Notes: generated by a model from the sequence alone, not told the origin. A stretch of 64,000 bases of DNA from Azolla caroliniana (GCA_043228905.1 JBHGNT010000012.1:9982001-10046000), one strand, 5' to 3'; counted from the stretch's first letter, positions 1 to 11,340 are shown. Translations and numbers: made by a program.

Positions 1-194
1 CGGAACACAAGAAATTGATGGCGGAAGGTGACCGGCAGCAAGAAAAGATGCGGGAACTCCGGGATGAAGTCCACAGAACGACAGCGGCATTGGCGGATGA
101 AAGGACCAAGGGAGTCGAAGCGGCAAAGATGCTGGCAGAAACAGCGAAGGACAAACTGGAGCTTACCCGGAAGCATCATGAGGAGATGGAACGA
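1..194 (+). pseudogene. Fragment of the coiled-coil extra ORF of the Gypsy G1 family
   Basis: Aligns by eye with 40247-40440 (MAEGDRQQEKMRE.RDEVHRT.AALA.ERTKGVEAAKMLAE.AK.KLELTRKHHEEMER). Confidence 0.85.
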
Positions 195-197
195 GCA

Positions 198-510
198 AAC
201 TTTTACACCCAATTGAAACCGATTGGTTTGCATAGTCGGGGAGGGTCAACCAGGTCCCATGTGTCCTTGGCATCAGGTGCCCGCATCTCTTCCTCCATTG
301 CGACACGCCAATTCGTGGCTTTTTCCACCTCTGTGTAGCTCTCCGCCACACACACTTCGCCACATTTCTCTCCGGCTCTTCATCTCACTAGTTGATCCTA
401 CCCAATCGCTCATTCAGCCCAGTTAGCCGGAATAAAATCAAACTCTCACCTTTCTTCGTTTTAGGCTCACTGGCCTCATCCTCTAGAATCGGTTCAAAGT
501 CAGCAGAGAG
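198..510 (-). pseudogene. Decayed Copia RT-proximal fragment (relative of Copia E)
   Basis: 198-332 aligns with 47399-47533 and with Copia E ~56790-56920 (WDLVDPPR.CKPIG motif on the minus strand). Confidence 0.75.
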
Positions 511-1102
511 TACTACCTCTACACTCTATCTAACATATTAGGGAAGTCTCCATAAAGACATCCATACATATGGAATTCTAATCACTAAGACTTCAATTCT
601 TATGTGGCGTGAATATGTTCATGTACACAATTTATATGACATATGAGGCAAGTTTTGATAAAGCCATGGACAAATCACATGTGCACATTCTATATGAAAT
701 ATGACCCAAGATTGCACTCGTGAAAATATTGTACAATGTGGAAAATGAGAACTAATGATATGCCAACTTCATACGTAATATGGGTTAAATCCCTCCGACA
801 ATAATGTATAATGCCACAATGATGGTTTGTTGAGCTTAGGTCTCCATGACCATAACGTGGACTTCGAACCACTAAAGTATAAGCATCAAATGCTCTTCAA
901 TTGAAAACAATGGGTTAAAGCCCTCCGACAATAATTTATAATGCCAAGCTAATTGTTTGTCAAGCTTAGGTCTCCATGACCATAATGTGGACTTCTAACC
1001 ACTAAAGTACAACCATCAAATGCTCTTCAATTGAAAACAATCTTCATTGGGACGAACATTTAATAGGAACCTTTGTTGGGGATGGTTGGTCGTAGTTGTT
1101 TG

Positions 1103-1810
1103 TGTTGGGATTTCGGTCCCTCCGGATGGGATGTCCGGAGATGAATGACGGCAAGCCCGGAGGCTGTTACGGAACCGTATGATGAAGAGTACCCGGCATG
1201 AAGCCGGATGAAGAGTACCCGGCTGCGGATCCGGATGATGAAGACCCCGGTTACGGAGCCGGATGATGAAGACCCCGGTTACGGAGCCGGATGCTGAAGA
1301 CCCCGGTTACGGAGCCGGATGACGTATGTACCCGGAGAGAGATCCGGATGCGGGGACATATTTGTGAATATGTTTGCCAAGGGCCCTTGAGGCTATATTT
1401 GTAAATAGCCCGAAAGTCATATGTGTATAAATATGACTTAGGGCAAACAGTTTTGCTGTTGTTGAAGTTGTTGCTCATTTTTCTGTTTTCCACTGAGAGG
1501 AAGCGAAGTGAGAGCAGCCGAGAGAGAGTGAGAGAGAAAGAGGAAGGAAGAGGTCGACGCCTCTGTGTAATACCGCCGCCTGTGGCGAGGACAGCGAGCT
1601 CAAGGTCGTCGCCTTGCAGCTCGCCATTGTACATTCCCCGCGTATAGTGATAGTTGGAGTCTTGCACTCCCGTGGTTTTTCCCATTTAGGGTTTTCCACG
1701 TAAAACATCCAGTGTACCCTTCTCTCTGTTGTTTTCGTGCATTCTTGTATTTCCCGTTTTCTGTGAATCGATTCTGTTCCTCGGTTGTGGCCGAGCGCGG
1801 AATCTCAACA
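1103..1810 (+). repeat. 5' LTR of Copia A1 (708 bp, three copies of a 28-bp U3 repeat at 1231-1314)
   Basis: TG..CA termini; TATAAATA at ~1425; direct repeat of 5926-6577. Confidence 0.97.
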
Positions 1811-1841
1811 AACTGGTATCAGAGCGACGGTAACACAGAAA

Positions 1842-2687
1842 ATGGAAGGCGGCAGCAGCGGGCAACCGGGGATGATGGTGCTGAATGCGCAGAATTACGC
1901 CGACTGGAAGATCAAGATGGAGGATCTTCTGATTGTTCGGGATCTGTACGAACCGATTGACAGGTCGGAAATACCGAAGGGGGTACTTGAGTCGGAGTGG
2001 AGGCTTCTGAACCGGAAAGCCGTTGCAACCATTCGGCAATACGTCGACGTGAGTGTTCTACAACACGTGGCGAACGACACCAACGCATATGAGATGTGGC
2101 GGAAGCTGTCGGGCCTCTACGAGAGGAAGAATGCGTTGAACCGGACCTCCCTGATGAGAAAGATAGTGAACCTCAAGTACCGGGACGGCGAGAGTATGGT
2201 GGAACACGTAAGCACGTTCATGGGATTCGTGAACCAGCTTGCGGCGATCAAGTTCCCGTTGGAGGATGCAATGCAAGCCATCATTCTGATGTGTACATTG
2301 CCGGACAGCTGGGAGAACTTGGTGGTGACTCTCAGCACCTCCTGCACCGAAGATAACTTGTCCCTACAAACGGTAAAGACGAGTATTTTGAACGAAGAAG
2401 CGCGTCGGAGAGATAAAGAACCGGCCTCCGACTCGAAGGCGCTGCTTACCGAATTGGAACGGGGAAGACAATGGAACCGGAGTCCGCAAAGACGGGAGAA
2501 GTCGGGGACCCGGTCGCAGTCAAGAGGAAGGCCCACATGCTTCCACTGTGGGAAGCCGGGGCACTTCCGGAAGAATTGTCGGCATTACCGAAAGGACAAC
2601 GGAGCCGACGACACCGATTCGAAGAAGTCACCGGAGCGAAACGGTGCATACCGGGGAGCCACGGACCGGAGAGGTCCGGATCGGTGA
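1842..2687 (+). CDS. gag: Copia A1 Gag, ending at a premature TGA
   Basis: NYADWKIKMEDLL N-terminus and CCHC knuckle CFHCGKPGHFRKNC. The codon at 2685-2687 is TGA here but CGA in copy A2. Confidence 0.9.
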   Translation: MEGGSSGQPGMMVLNAQNYADWKIKMEDLLIVRDLYEPIDRSEIPKGVLESEWRLLNRKAVATIRQYVDVSVLQHVANDTNAYEMWRKLSGLYERKNALNRTSLMRKIVNLKYRDGESMVEHVSTFMGFVNQLAAIKFPLEDAMQAIILMCTLPDSWENLVVTLSTSCTEDNLSLQTVKTSILNEEARRRDKEPASDSKALLTELERGRQWNRSPQRREKSGTRSQSRGRPTCFHCGKPGHFRKNCRHYRKDNGADDTDSKKSPERNGAYRGATDRRGPDR

Positions 2688-5600
2688 GGGCAGGACCGGA
2701 AAGGAACGACGGCACTCGCGGCAAGTGAAGAAGAGATAATGCTCATTACCGAAGAGAGGGAGCTGAACCTTGCCAGTGAAGAGATGACCTGGGTGGTCGA
2801 TTCCGGAGCGTCGTTCCACCTGACCCCGGAGAAGAAATACTTCTCATCCTACACAGCCGGTGAGCACGGCTGTGTCCGGATGGGAAATGAAGGTACATGC
2901 CGGATTCCCGGCATAGGAGACGTGTGGCTGATGACATCAACCGGATGCAAGATGCTGCTGAAGGATGTTCGACACGTTCCGGAGGTTCGATTGAACCTGA
3001 TTTCGTCCGGGAGGCTAGACGATGAAGGTTACACGGGTAGCATCCGGAACGGTGTCATGAAGTTCAGCAAAGGGAGCCTGATAGTGGCTCGGGCCCGGAA
3101 GATCAACACACTGTACCTGATGAATTCCCGGCTATGTCCGGAGGAGCTGAACATGGCAGCTGACACTGCCGGTGAGCTATGGCACAAGAGACTGTGCCAC
3201 ATGAGCGAGAAGGGGATGAAGAGGCTTGCCGAAGACAACCTGATACCGGTAAAGCATGTACACTTGGGGAAGTGTATCGACTGTCTGGCCGGTAAGCAAA
3301 ACCGGACCTCCTTCCACTCAAGACCACCGACGAGACGTAGCGCACCATTGGAGTTGGTGCACACTGACGTGTGTCAAGTAGAAACGAAGTCACATGGCGG
3401 AGCCCAGTACTTCGTAACATTCATAGATGACCACAGCCGGAAGCTGTGGACGGCATCGTTGAAGACAAAGGACCAAGTATTGTCCGTCTTCAAAGAACTC
3501 CACGCGAGAGTGGAAAGGGAATCCGGCAAGAAGCTGAAAGCGATACGAGCGGATAACGGAGGGGAATACCGGGGGCAGTTCGAGGAGTACTGTCGCTCGA
3601 AGGGAATCCGGCTCGAGTTTACTGTGCCGAAGACGCCGGAACTGAACGGGCTGGCCGAGAGGATGAACCGGACCATAATGGAGAGGGTCCGGAGTATGCT
3701 GGCGCATGCGAAATTACCCAAGGGGTTTTGGGCTGAGGCAATGTCGACGGCGACATATGTGATAAATAGATCACCCTCAGTACCTTTGGACGGAGACACG
3801 CCGCAGAAAGTGTGGACCGGTAAGGAAGTGTCCTACCGGCACCTGAAGGTGTTCGGGTGTCTCGCATACGTGCATGTGGCAAAGGACCGGAGAGGAAAGT
3901 TAGATCCAAAGACCCGGCCATGCATATTCCTCGGTTACGGCGACGACGAGTTCGGCTACCGAGTATGGGACCCGGTCGACAAGAAGATATTCAGGAGTCG
4001 AGATATCATCTTCATGGAGGACAAGACACTCGCCGACTGGGAGTCGGAGAAGAAGATGAAGAGCTCCAAGTCGACCGGTGAGGATCAACTCTACGAAGAG
4101 CAGTCCCGACCGGCAAGGGACCGGTTAGTACTCGAGGATCCGGCCGAAGACGGTGAAGAAACAGAACCGGCCGAGGAAGATGAAACTGATACCGGAACCG
4201 GCCCCGATCCCGAAATGGATTCGGATGAAGAGGAAACGGAGGAGCCGGTTACCGAAGCTCCAGAACGGAGATATCCTCTAAGAGAGAGAAGGGCCCCCCG
4301 GAGATTTCCGGAACCTGAGCACGTGCTGTTAACCGACGAGGGGGAGCCGGAGAGCTTTGAAGAAGCAAAACTTGACACCCATAGCCGCAGGTGGTTGAGT
4401 GCCATGCAGGACGAGATGGATTCCCTGCATGAGAACCACACATATGAACTTGTGGAGTTGCCGAAAGGAAAGCGGGCACTTCGAAACAAGTGGGTGTTCA
4501 AGCTGAAACCGGGAGATGCTGGAAACCCCCTGAGATACAAAGCCAGGATCGTGGTGAAGGGGTTTCAGCAGAAGAAGGGCGTCGACTTCGACGAGATATT
4601 TGCCCCGGTAGTGAAGATGACCTCCATCCGGACGGTGCTGAGCATAGCGGCAAGCGTGGACCTCGAGGTAGAACAGATGGACGTGAAGACGGCATTCCTT
4701 CACGGTGACCTCGAAGAAGAGATCTACATGCAGCAACCGGAAGGATTCGAGAAGAAAGGGAAGGAGCACCTGGTATGCCGGTTGAAGAAGAGCCTTTACG
4801 GACTGAAGCAGGCTCCCCGGCAATGGTACCGGAAGTTCGACTCTTTCATGACCGACGAAGGCTACCACAAAACGCAGTCCGATCACTGCGTGTTTGTGAA
4901 GAAGTTCGAGGGAGGAGACTTTCTAAAACTCCTCCTGTACGTGGACGACATGTTGATCGTCGGACGGGACCAGGCCAAGATACGGATGCTGAAGAAAGCG
5001 CTTCACCGAACCTTCTCAATGAAGGACCTTGGTCCGGCGAGGCAAATACTAGGGATGCACATCATCCGGGACCGGAAGAAGAAGCAGTTGTGGCTGTCAC
5101 AGGAGAAGTACGTGACAAAGGTGCTTCACCGGTTCAACATGTCAGAAGCAAGACCGGTCGGGTCAACCCTACCGGCAAACTGCAAGTTGTCCAGCAAGCA
5201 AAGCCCCAAGACAAAGGCTGAGAAGGAGGACATGACGAAAGTACCATATGCCTCTGCCGTCGGAAGCTTGATGTACGCAATGGTGTGTACAAGACCGGAC
5301 ATAGGATATGCAGTTGGAGTGGTGAGCCGGTACATGAGCAATCCCGGCAAAGAGCACTGGAACGCGGTCAAGTGGATACTCCGATACCTGAAGGGCACGG
5401 CAAACGTGTGCCTCCGATTCGGCTCCGGTAAGCCCGAACTCGACGGCTTTACCGACTCGGATATGTCGGCTGATGCAGATACCAGCCGGTCCACATCAGG
5501 GTATGTGATGACGTATGCAGGGGGAGCTGTTTCGTGGCAGTCGAGGCTGCAGAAAACGGTTGCGTTGTCAACCACGGAGGCGGAGTACATGGCGGCTGTT

Positions 5601-5915
5601 GAAGCCGGCAAGAAAATAATATGGATGAAGGACTTCATTAGAGAGCTCGGTATCCGGCAGGAGGAGTACCGGCTCTACTGCGACAGTCAGAGTGCCATCC
5701 ACCTTGCGAAGAACGCGGCCTACCATTCCCGGACGAAACACATCCAGCGTAGATACCACTGGATCCGGGAAAGGATAGAAGACAAGGAGTTCGTGCTTAC
5801 GAAGATCCACACGGACGAGAACGGGTCGGATATGCTGACCAAGGTACTCACACCCGACAAGCTGGAAGCATGCCGGAAGAGGATCGGGTTGGAGAGACAT
5901 CCCATGCCGAAGTGA
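2688..5915 (+). CDS. pol: Copia A1 Pol (protease, integrase, RT, RNase H), open and in frame with gag
   Basis: WVVDSGAS (PR); LWHKRLCH..C..C, VHTDVC, DNGGEY, NGLAERMNRT (INT); DVKTAFLHG, LLYVDDML (RT); FTDSD, STTEAEY (RH). Confidence 0.95.
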   Translation, partial: GQDRKGTTALAASEEEIMLITEERELNLASEEMTWVVDSGASFHLTPEKKYFSSYTAGEHGCVRMGNEGTCRIPGIGDVWLMTSTGCKMLLKDVRHVPEVRLNLISSGRLDDEGYTGSIRNGVMKFSKGSLIVARARKINTLYLMNSRLCPEELNMAADTAGELWHKRLCHMSEKGMKRLAEDNLIPVKHVHLGKCIDCLAGKQNRTSFHSRPPTRRSAPLELVHTDVCQVETKSHGGAQYFVTFIDDHSRKLWTASLKTKDQVLSVFKELHARVERESGKKLKAIRADNGGEYRGQFEEYCRSKGIRLEFTVPKTPELNGLAERMNRTIMERVRSMLAHAKLPKGFWAEAMSTATYVINRSPSVPLDGDTPQKVWTGKEVSYRHLKVFGCLAYVHVAKDRRGKLDPKTRPCIFLGYGDDEFGYRVWDPVDKKIFRSRDIIFMEDKTLADWESEKKMKSSKSTGEDQLYEEQSRPARDRLVLEDPAEDGEETEPAEEDETDTGTGPDPEMDSDEEETEEPVTEAPERRYPLRERRAPRRFPEPEHVLLTDEGEPESFEEAKLDTHSRRWLSAMQDEMDSLHENHTYELVELPKGKRALRNKWVFKLKPGDAGNPLRYKARIVVKGFQQKKGVDFDEIFAPVVKMTSIRTVLSIAASVDLEVEQMDVKTAFLHGDLEEEIYMQQPEGFEKKGKEHLVCRLKKSLYGLKQAPRQWYRKFDSFMTDEGYHKTQSDHCVFVKKFEGGDFLKLLLYVDDMLIVGRDQAKIRMLKKALHRTFSMKDLGPARQILGMHIIRDRKKKQLWLSQEKYVTKVLHRFNMSEARPVGSTLPANCKLSSKQSPKTKAEKEDMTKVPYASAVGSLMYAMVCTRPDIGYAVGVVSRYMSNPGKEHWNAVKWILRYLKGTANVCLRFGSGKPELDGFTDSDMSADADTSRSTSGYVMTYAGGAVSWQSRLQKTVALSTTEAEYMAAVEAGKKIIWMKDFIRELGIRQEEYRLYCDSQSAIHLAKNAAYHSRTKHIQRRYHWIRERIEDKEFVLTKIHTDENGSDMLTKVLTPDKLEACRKRIGLERHPMPK

Positions 5916-5925
5916 AGGGGGAGTT

Positions 5926-6577
5926 TGTTGGGATTTCGGTCCCTCCGGATGGGATGTCCGGAGATGAATGACGGCAAGCCCGGAGGCTGTTACGGAACCG
6001 TATGATGAAGAGTACCCGGCATGAAGCCGGATGAAGAGTACCCGGCTGCGGATCCGGATGATGAAGACCCCGGTTACGGAGCCGGATGACGTATGTACCC
6101 GGAGAGAGATCCGGATGCGGGGACATATTTGTGAATATGTTTGCCAAGGGCCCTTGAGGCTATATTTGTAAATAGCCCGAAAGTCATATGTGTATAAATA
6201 TGACTTAGGGCAAACAGTTTTGCTGTTGTTGAAGTTGTTGCTCATTTTTCTGTTTTCCACTGAGAGGAAGCGAAGTGAGAGCAGCCGAGAGAGAGTGAGA
6301 GAGAAAGAGGAAGGAAGAGGTCGACGCCTCTGTGTAATACCGCCGCCTGTGGCGAGGACAGCGAGCTCAAGGTCGTCGCCTTGCAGCTCGCCATTGTACA
6401 TTCCCCGCGTATAGTGATAGTTGGAGTCTTGCACTCCCGTGGTTTTTCCCATTTAGGGTTTTCCACGTAAAACATCCAGTGTACCCTTCTCTCTGTTGTT
6501 TTCGTGCATTCTTGTATTTCCCGTTTTCTGTGAATCGATTCTGTTCCTCGGTTGTGGCCGAGCGCGGAATCTCAACA
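5926..6577 (+). repeat. 3' LTR of Copia A1 (652 bp, one copy of the 28-bp repeat)
   Basis: Matches the 5' LTR except for 56 missing bp. Confidence 0.97.
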
Positions 6578-6688
6578 GTTTGCTCAGAGATTAAATTGTT
6601 ATGGTTCTTGGTGTTTGCAACCAACTTCCTATCTCAAATCCATTGGGATTCGAATCATCAGTAGAAGTTGATATAGACTCACTTTAGG

Positions 6689-6760
6689 TGTGGTTGGTGG
6701 GATTTGAACCCAAGTCTCCACGGCCGCAACGTGGAATTCTAACCACTAAACTAGAACCAC
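6689..6760 (-). tRNA. tRNA-His-derived copy H1, anticodon changed to GCG (probable pseudogene)
   Basis: Reverse complement GTGGTTCTAGTTTAGTGGTTAGAATTCCACGTTGCGGCCGTGGAGACTTGGGTTCAAATCCCACCAACCACA is close to plant cytosolic tRNA-His(GUG). Confidence 0.85.
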
Positions 6761-7617
6761 CGAGTTTGTATTGCCAAATTGGAACTAAGTTTTCACAACT
6801 GCAACATTGACTTGTAACCACTAAGTACTGCCTTCAAATGTTGCATTCATAAATTCATAGCTACACTCTATATAACATATTAGGCCAGTCTCCATAAAGG
6901 CATCCATAAATATGGAATTCTAATCACTACGATTTGACATCCTATGTGGCGTGAATAAATTCATGTACACAATCAATGTGACATATGAGGCAAGTCTCCA
7001 TAAAGCAATGAACAAATTCATGTGCATATTCTATATGAAATAGGAACCATGATTGCTCTTGTGACAACATTGTGCAATGTGCAAAAAGCAAACCAATGAT
7101 ATGCCAACTTTATACCCTGCCGAATTAAATATTTAATAGTTTTCGCACATGAATTTACACTAAATTTTAGGATCCTGAATACGATTCATCGGGAAGTCTC
7201 CATTGCGACGACCTCAAAATTTAACCACAGAGTCGATTTTTTTGCTCAGATTAATTATTATGATTGTTTGCATTTGCACACACAAATCCATGTGCACATT
7301 CGATATTTAATATGGGTCAAGGCCCTCCGACAACAATGTATAATGCCAAGCTCATTGTTTGTCGAGCCTAGGTGTCCATGACCATAACGTGGACTTCTAA
7401 CCACTAAAGTACAACCATCAAATGCTCTTCAATTGAAAACAATCTTCATTGGGACGAACATTTGAAAGGAAGCTTTGTTCGCTTTGTAGGGGATGGTTGG
7501 TTGTAGTTTTTTGCTCAGATTAAATTGTTATGGTTCTTGGTATTTGCAACCAACTTTCTATCTCAAATATATTCGGATTCGAAGCAACTTTAGAAGTTGA
7601 TATAGACTCAATTTAGG

Positions 7618-7689
7618 TGTGGTTGTTGGGATTCGAGCCTAGGTCTTTAGGGCCATAATGTGGACTTCTAACCACTAAACTACAACCAC
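7618..7689 (-). tRNA. tRNA-His pseudogene H2 (anticodon ATG, broken anticodon stem)
   Basis: Same 72-nt body with several substitutions. Confidence 0.8.
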
Positions 7690-8466
7690 CGAGTTTGTGT
7701 TGTTGAATTGGAACTAAGTCATCAAAACCGCAACATGGAGTTGTAACCACTAAGTACTACCTTCCAATGTTGCATGCATAAATTCATAGCTACATTGTAT
7801 ATAACATATTAGGCAAGTCTCTATAAAGGCATCCATAAATATGGAATTCTAATCACTCAGACTTGATTTCCTATGTGGCGTCAATAAATTCATGTACACA
7901 ATCTATATCACATACGAGTCAAGTTTCCATAAAGCCATGAAATGCTTTGCTATTGAAAACAATCTTGGATGGGACAAATATTTGAAAGGAACCTTTGTTA
8001 GGGATGGTTGGTCGTAGTTTTTTGTGCAAATATGGGTCAAGGCCCTCTGACAACAATGTATAATGTCAAGGACCTTGAATTTTAACCACTGAGTCGATGT
8101 TTTTGCTCAAATTAATTATTATGGTTATTTGCACTTGCAAACACAAGTCCATGTACACATTCGATACATAATATGGGTCATGGCCCTCTGACAAGAATGT
8201 ATAATGCCAAGCTCATTGTTTGTCGAGCTTAGGTCTCCATGACCATAACATGGACTTCCAACAACTAAAGTACAACCATCAAATGCTTTACAATTGAAAA
8301 CAATTTTTGTTGGGACGAAGATTTGAAAGGAACCTTTGTTGGGGATGGTTGGTTGTAGTTTTTTGCTGAAATTAAATTGTTATGGTTCTTGGTATTTGCA
8401 ACCAACTTCCTATCTCAAATCCAATGATTCGAAGAATTTTACAAGTTTATATAGACTAACTTTAGG

Positions 8467-8535
8467 TGTGGTTGTTGGGATTCAAGCCCAGGTCTCCACG
8501 GCCACAACGTGAAATTTTAGACACTAAACAACCAC
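8467..8535 (-). tRNA. tRNA-His(GUG) pseudogene H3
   Basis: GTG anticodon loop kept; ~3-nt deletion near the 5' end. Confidence 0.8.
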
Positions 8536-9366
8536 GGAATTTGCGTTGCCAAATTGCAACAAAGTCTTCACAATCGCAACTTGCAGTTGTAACCACTAAG
8601 TACTGACTTCCCATGTTGCATGCATAAAATCATCGCTACAGTCTGTATAAGATATTAGGTAAGTGTTGATAAAGGCATCCACAAATATGGAATTCTAATC
8701 ACTAAGACTTGACTTCCTATGTGGCGTGAATAAATTCATCAACACAATCTATATGACATATGATGCAAGTCTCGATAAAGCCATGGACAAATACATGTGC
8801 ACATTCTATATGAAATACAAGCCAAGATTGCACTTGTGAAATTATTGTGCAATGTGGAAAATGAAAACTAATGATATTCCAACTTCAAAATCTAACAGTT
8901 TTCGCACGTGAATGTACACTAAATTTCAGGGCCTTGAATGGGATTCATGCGCAATTCTCGACCGCGACGACCTTGAATTTTAACCATTGAGTTGATTTTT
9001 TTGCTCAAATGAATTATTATAGTTGTTTCCATTTGCAAACACAAATCCATGTACACATTCGATACTTAAGATGGGTCAAGGCCCTCCGACAAGAATGTAT
9101 AATGCCAAGCTCATTGTTTGTCGAGATTAGGTCTCCATGACCATAACATGAACTTCTAACGACTAAAATACAACCGTCAAATGCTTTTCAATTCAAAACA
9201 ATCTTAGTTGGGTCGAACATTTGAAAGGAACCTTCATTGGGGATGGTTGGTTGTAGGTTTTCGCTAAAATTAAATTATAATGGTTCTTGGTATTTGCAAC
9301 CAAGTTTCTATCTCAAATCCATTGGGATTCGAAGCATATTACAAGTTGATATAGAGTAAATTTAGG

Positions 9367-9438
9367 TGTGGTTATTGGGATTCGAGCCCAAGTCTCAACA
9401 ACTAGAATGTGGAATTCTAACCAATATACTACAACCAC
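9367..9438 (-). tRNA. tRNA-His pseudogene H4 (anticodon arm decayed)
   Basis: T arm and acceptor recognisable; anticodon arm mutated. Confidence 0.7.
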
Positions 9439-10465
9439 CGATTTTATGTTCCCAAATTGGAACAAAATCTTCACAACCTGAACCTTGAGTTGTAACCACT
9501 AAGTATTGACTTCTGATGTTGCATGCATAAACTTATAGCCACACTATATAACATATTAGGCAAGTCTCCATAAAGGCATCTGTAAATATGGAATTCTAAT
9601 CACTAAGATTTGACTTCCTAGGTGGCGTGAATAAATTCATGTGCACAATCTATATAACATGTGAGGCAAGTCTCCATAAATTCATGAACAAATTCATGTG
9701 CAGATTCTAGATGAAATAGGAGCCATGATTTCCCTCATGACAAAATTGGAAGAATGTCTTCACAACCGCAACATGGAGTTGTAACCAGGAAGCATTGACT
9801 TCCCATGTTGCATGCATAAATTTATAACTACACTCTATATAACATATTAGGCAAGTCTCCATAAAGGCATCCATAAATATGGAATTCTAATCACTAAGAT
9901 TTGACTTCCTATGTGGCGTGAATAACTTCATGTACACAATCTATATGACATATGACGCACCAATACATATGCACATGTTATATGAAATACGAGCCAAGAT
10001 AGCACTTGTGAAATTATTGTGCTATGTGTAAAATGAAAACTAATGATATTCCAACTTCATACCCTACCAAAGTCAAAATCTAACAATTTTCACACGTGAA
10101 TATACACTAAATTTTGAGGCCTTGAATGGGATTCATGTGCAAGTCTCAACTGCGAAGACCTCAAATTTTAACCATTGAGTCGATTTTTTTAGTCAAATTA
10201 ATTATTATGGTTGTTTGCATTTGCAAACACAAATGCATGTACACATTCCATACATAATATGGGCAAGTACATCCATCAAATGCTTTTCAATTGAAAACTA
10301 TCTTGGTTGGCACGAACATTTGAAAGGAACCTTTGTTGGGGATGGTTGGTCGTAGTTTTTTGCTCAAATTAAATTGTTATGGTTCTAGGTATTTGCAACT
10401 AACTTCCTTTCTCAAATCCATTGGGATTGGAAGTATTTTACAAGTTGATATAGACTCACTTTTGG

Positions 10466-10537
10466 TGTGGTTGCTGGGATTCGAGCCCAGGTCTCCACAG
10501 CCACAACATGGAATTCTAACCACTAAACTATAACCAC
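10466..10537 (-). tRNA. tRNA-His(GUG) copy H5, well preserved
   Basis: Reverse complement GTGGTTATAGTTTAGTGGTTAGAATTCCATGTTGTGGCTGTGGAGACCTGGGCTCGAATCCCAGCAACCACA; one acceptor mismatch and G:U pairs in the anticodon stem. Confidence 0.88.
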
Positions 10538-10657
10538 GGAGTTTGTGTTTCCAAATTGGAACAAAGTCTTCACAACCGTAACATGGAGTTGTAACCACTA
10601 AGTATTGGCTTCCCATGTTGCATGCCTAAATTCATTGCTACACTCTATATAACATAT

Positions 10658-11150
10658 TGTGGTATTACCATGGATCCTATGCAAGACCCCCCCTAACTAG
10701 GGTCACATTGACCACACCCAAATTAGGCCCCCAACAAGCTCCCATAATTAGAAGTGGTAATAGGAGCGGGAAAACACCCACCACGCTAAGAGTAGCGTAT
10801 AAGATGTAACTTAGAACGTAATGGAAAGGGAGCTACTTTGAGAGCATTTCACATCGTGGTGGAGAAGACGGGCAAAGCAGCCCCAATTCACAACCCCAAC
10901 AACACACGCCACGATGCAGCACGACAATAGCAGCGGCAACACAAACTCCATGAATCCAGAATTCTTATAACAACAAACTAAAGAACATCAGCCCACATCG
11001 CCAATCAACCAACTGGTTCAAGCCCTGTCCAACATTATTTTACAAGTTAACCATACTAACGAAGCCATGTTGTAATTCTTCTTAGCACCATCCGAGCCAC
11101 AACAGAATCTCCCGGACCTTCGAGTTTGCCCAAAACCATTCTCCCGAACC
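10658..11150. other. Unique ~0.5 kb spacer between the His and Leu arrays, possibly an LTR remnant
   Basis: Abrupt composition change; begins TGTGG, has ...CCACAACA at 11104 and a TATAAG near 10798; no TSD seen. Confidence 0.35.
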
Positions 11151-11340
11151 TTCATGAAATAACTACAATGTTATCCTTGTACAAAAGAGGGCCATAGAAA
11201 TTTTTAATTGTGTCCATTCTTCGACCCAGTGCTTGCATTGCACATTGATGTGCTTAACATTGTTGCCCAGACAACGAAATTGACACCACTATTTTGAAAC
11301 TTTATCAAGTGTGTACTTGTTTTGATGTCATTGACACAAT

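Larger units (their letters stand above)
1103..6577 (+). mobile_element. Full-length Ty1/Copia LTR retrotransposon A1 (young)
   Basis: LTRs 1103-1810 and 5926-6577 (TGTTG...CAACA); TSD GTTTG at 1098-1102 and 6578-6582; PBS TGGTATCAGAGC (tRNA-iMet) at 1814-1825; PPT GAAGGGGGAG at 5914-5923; domain order gag-PR-INT-RT-RH. Confidence 0.98.
512..10657 (-). repeat. tRNA-His-derived tandem array (~0.85-1.1 kb unit), interrupted by Copia A1 at 1103-6577
   Basis: Recurring AT-rich unit with full-length His-like copies starting at 6689, 7618, 8467, 9367 and 10466. The same unit sequence lies at 512-1102 and continues across the GTTTG TSD. Confidence 0.9.

Noticed and set aside
1251-1708. Repeated 144/74/77-aa ORFs in the A-family LTRs
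   Set aside because: They recur only because the LTR is repeated, and they are low-complexity with no recognisable domain.
2685-2687. Programmed gag-pol stop-codon readthrough
   Set aside because: Sister copy A2 has CGA at this codon, so a C>T mutation is the simpler explanation.
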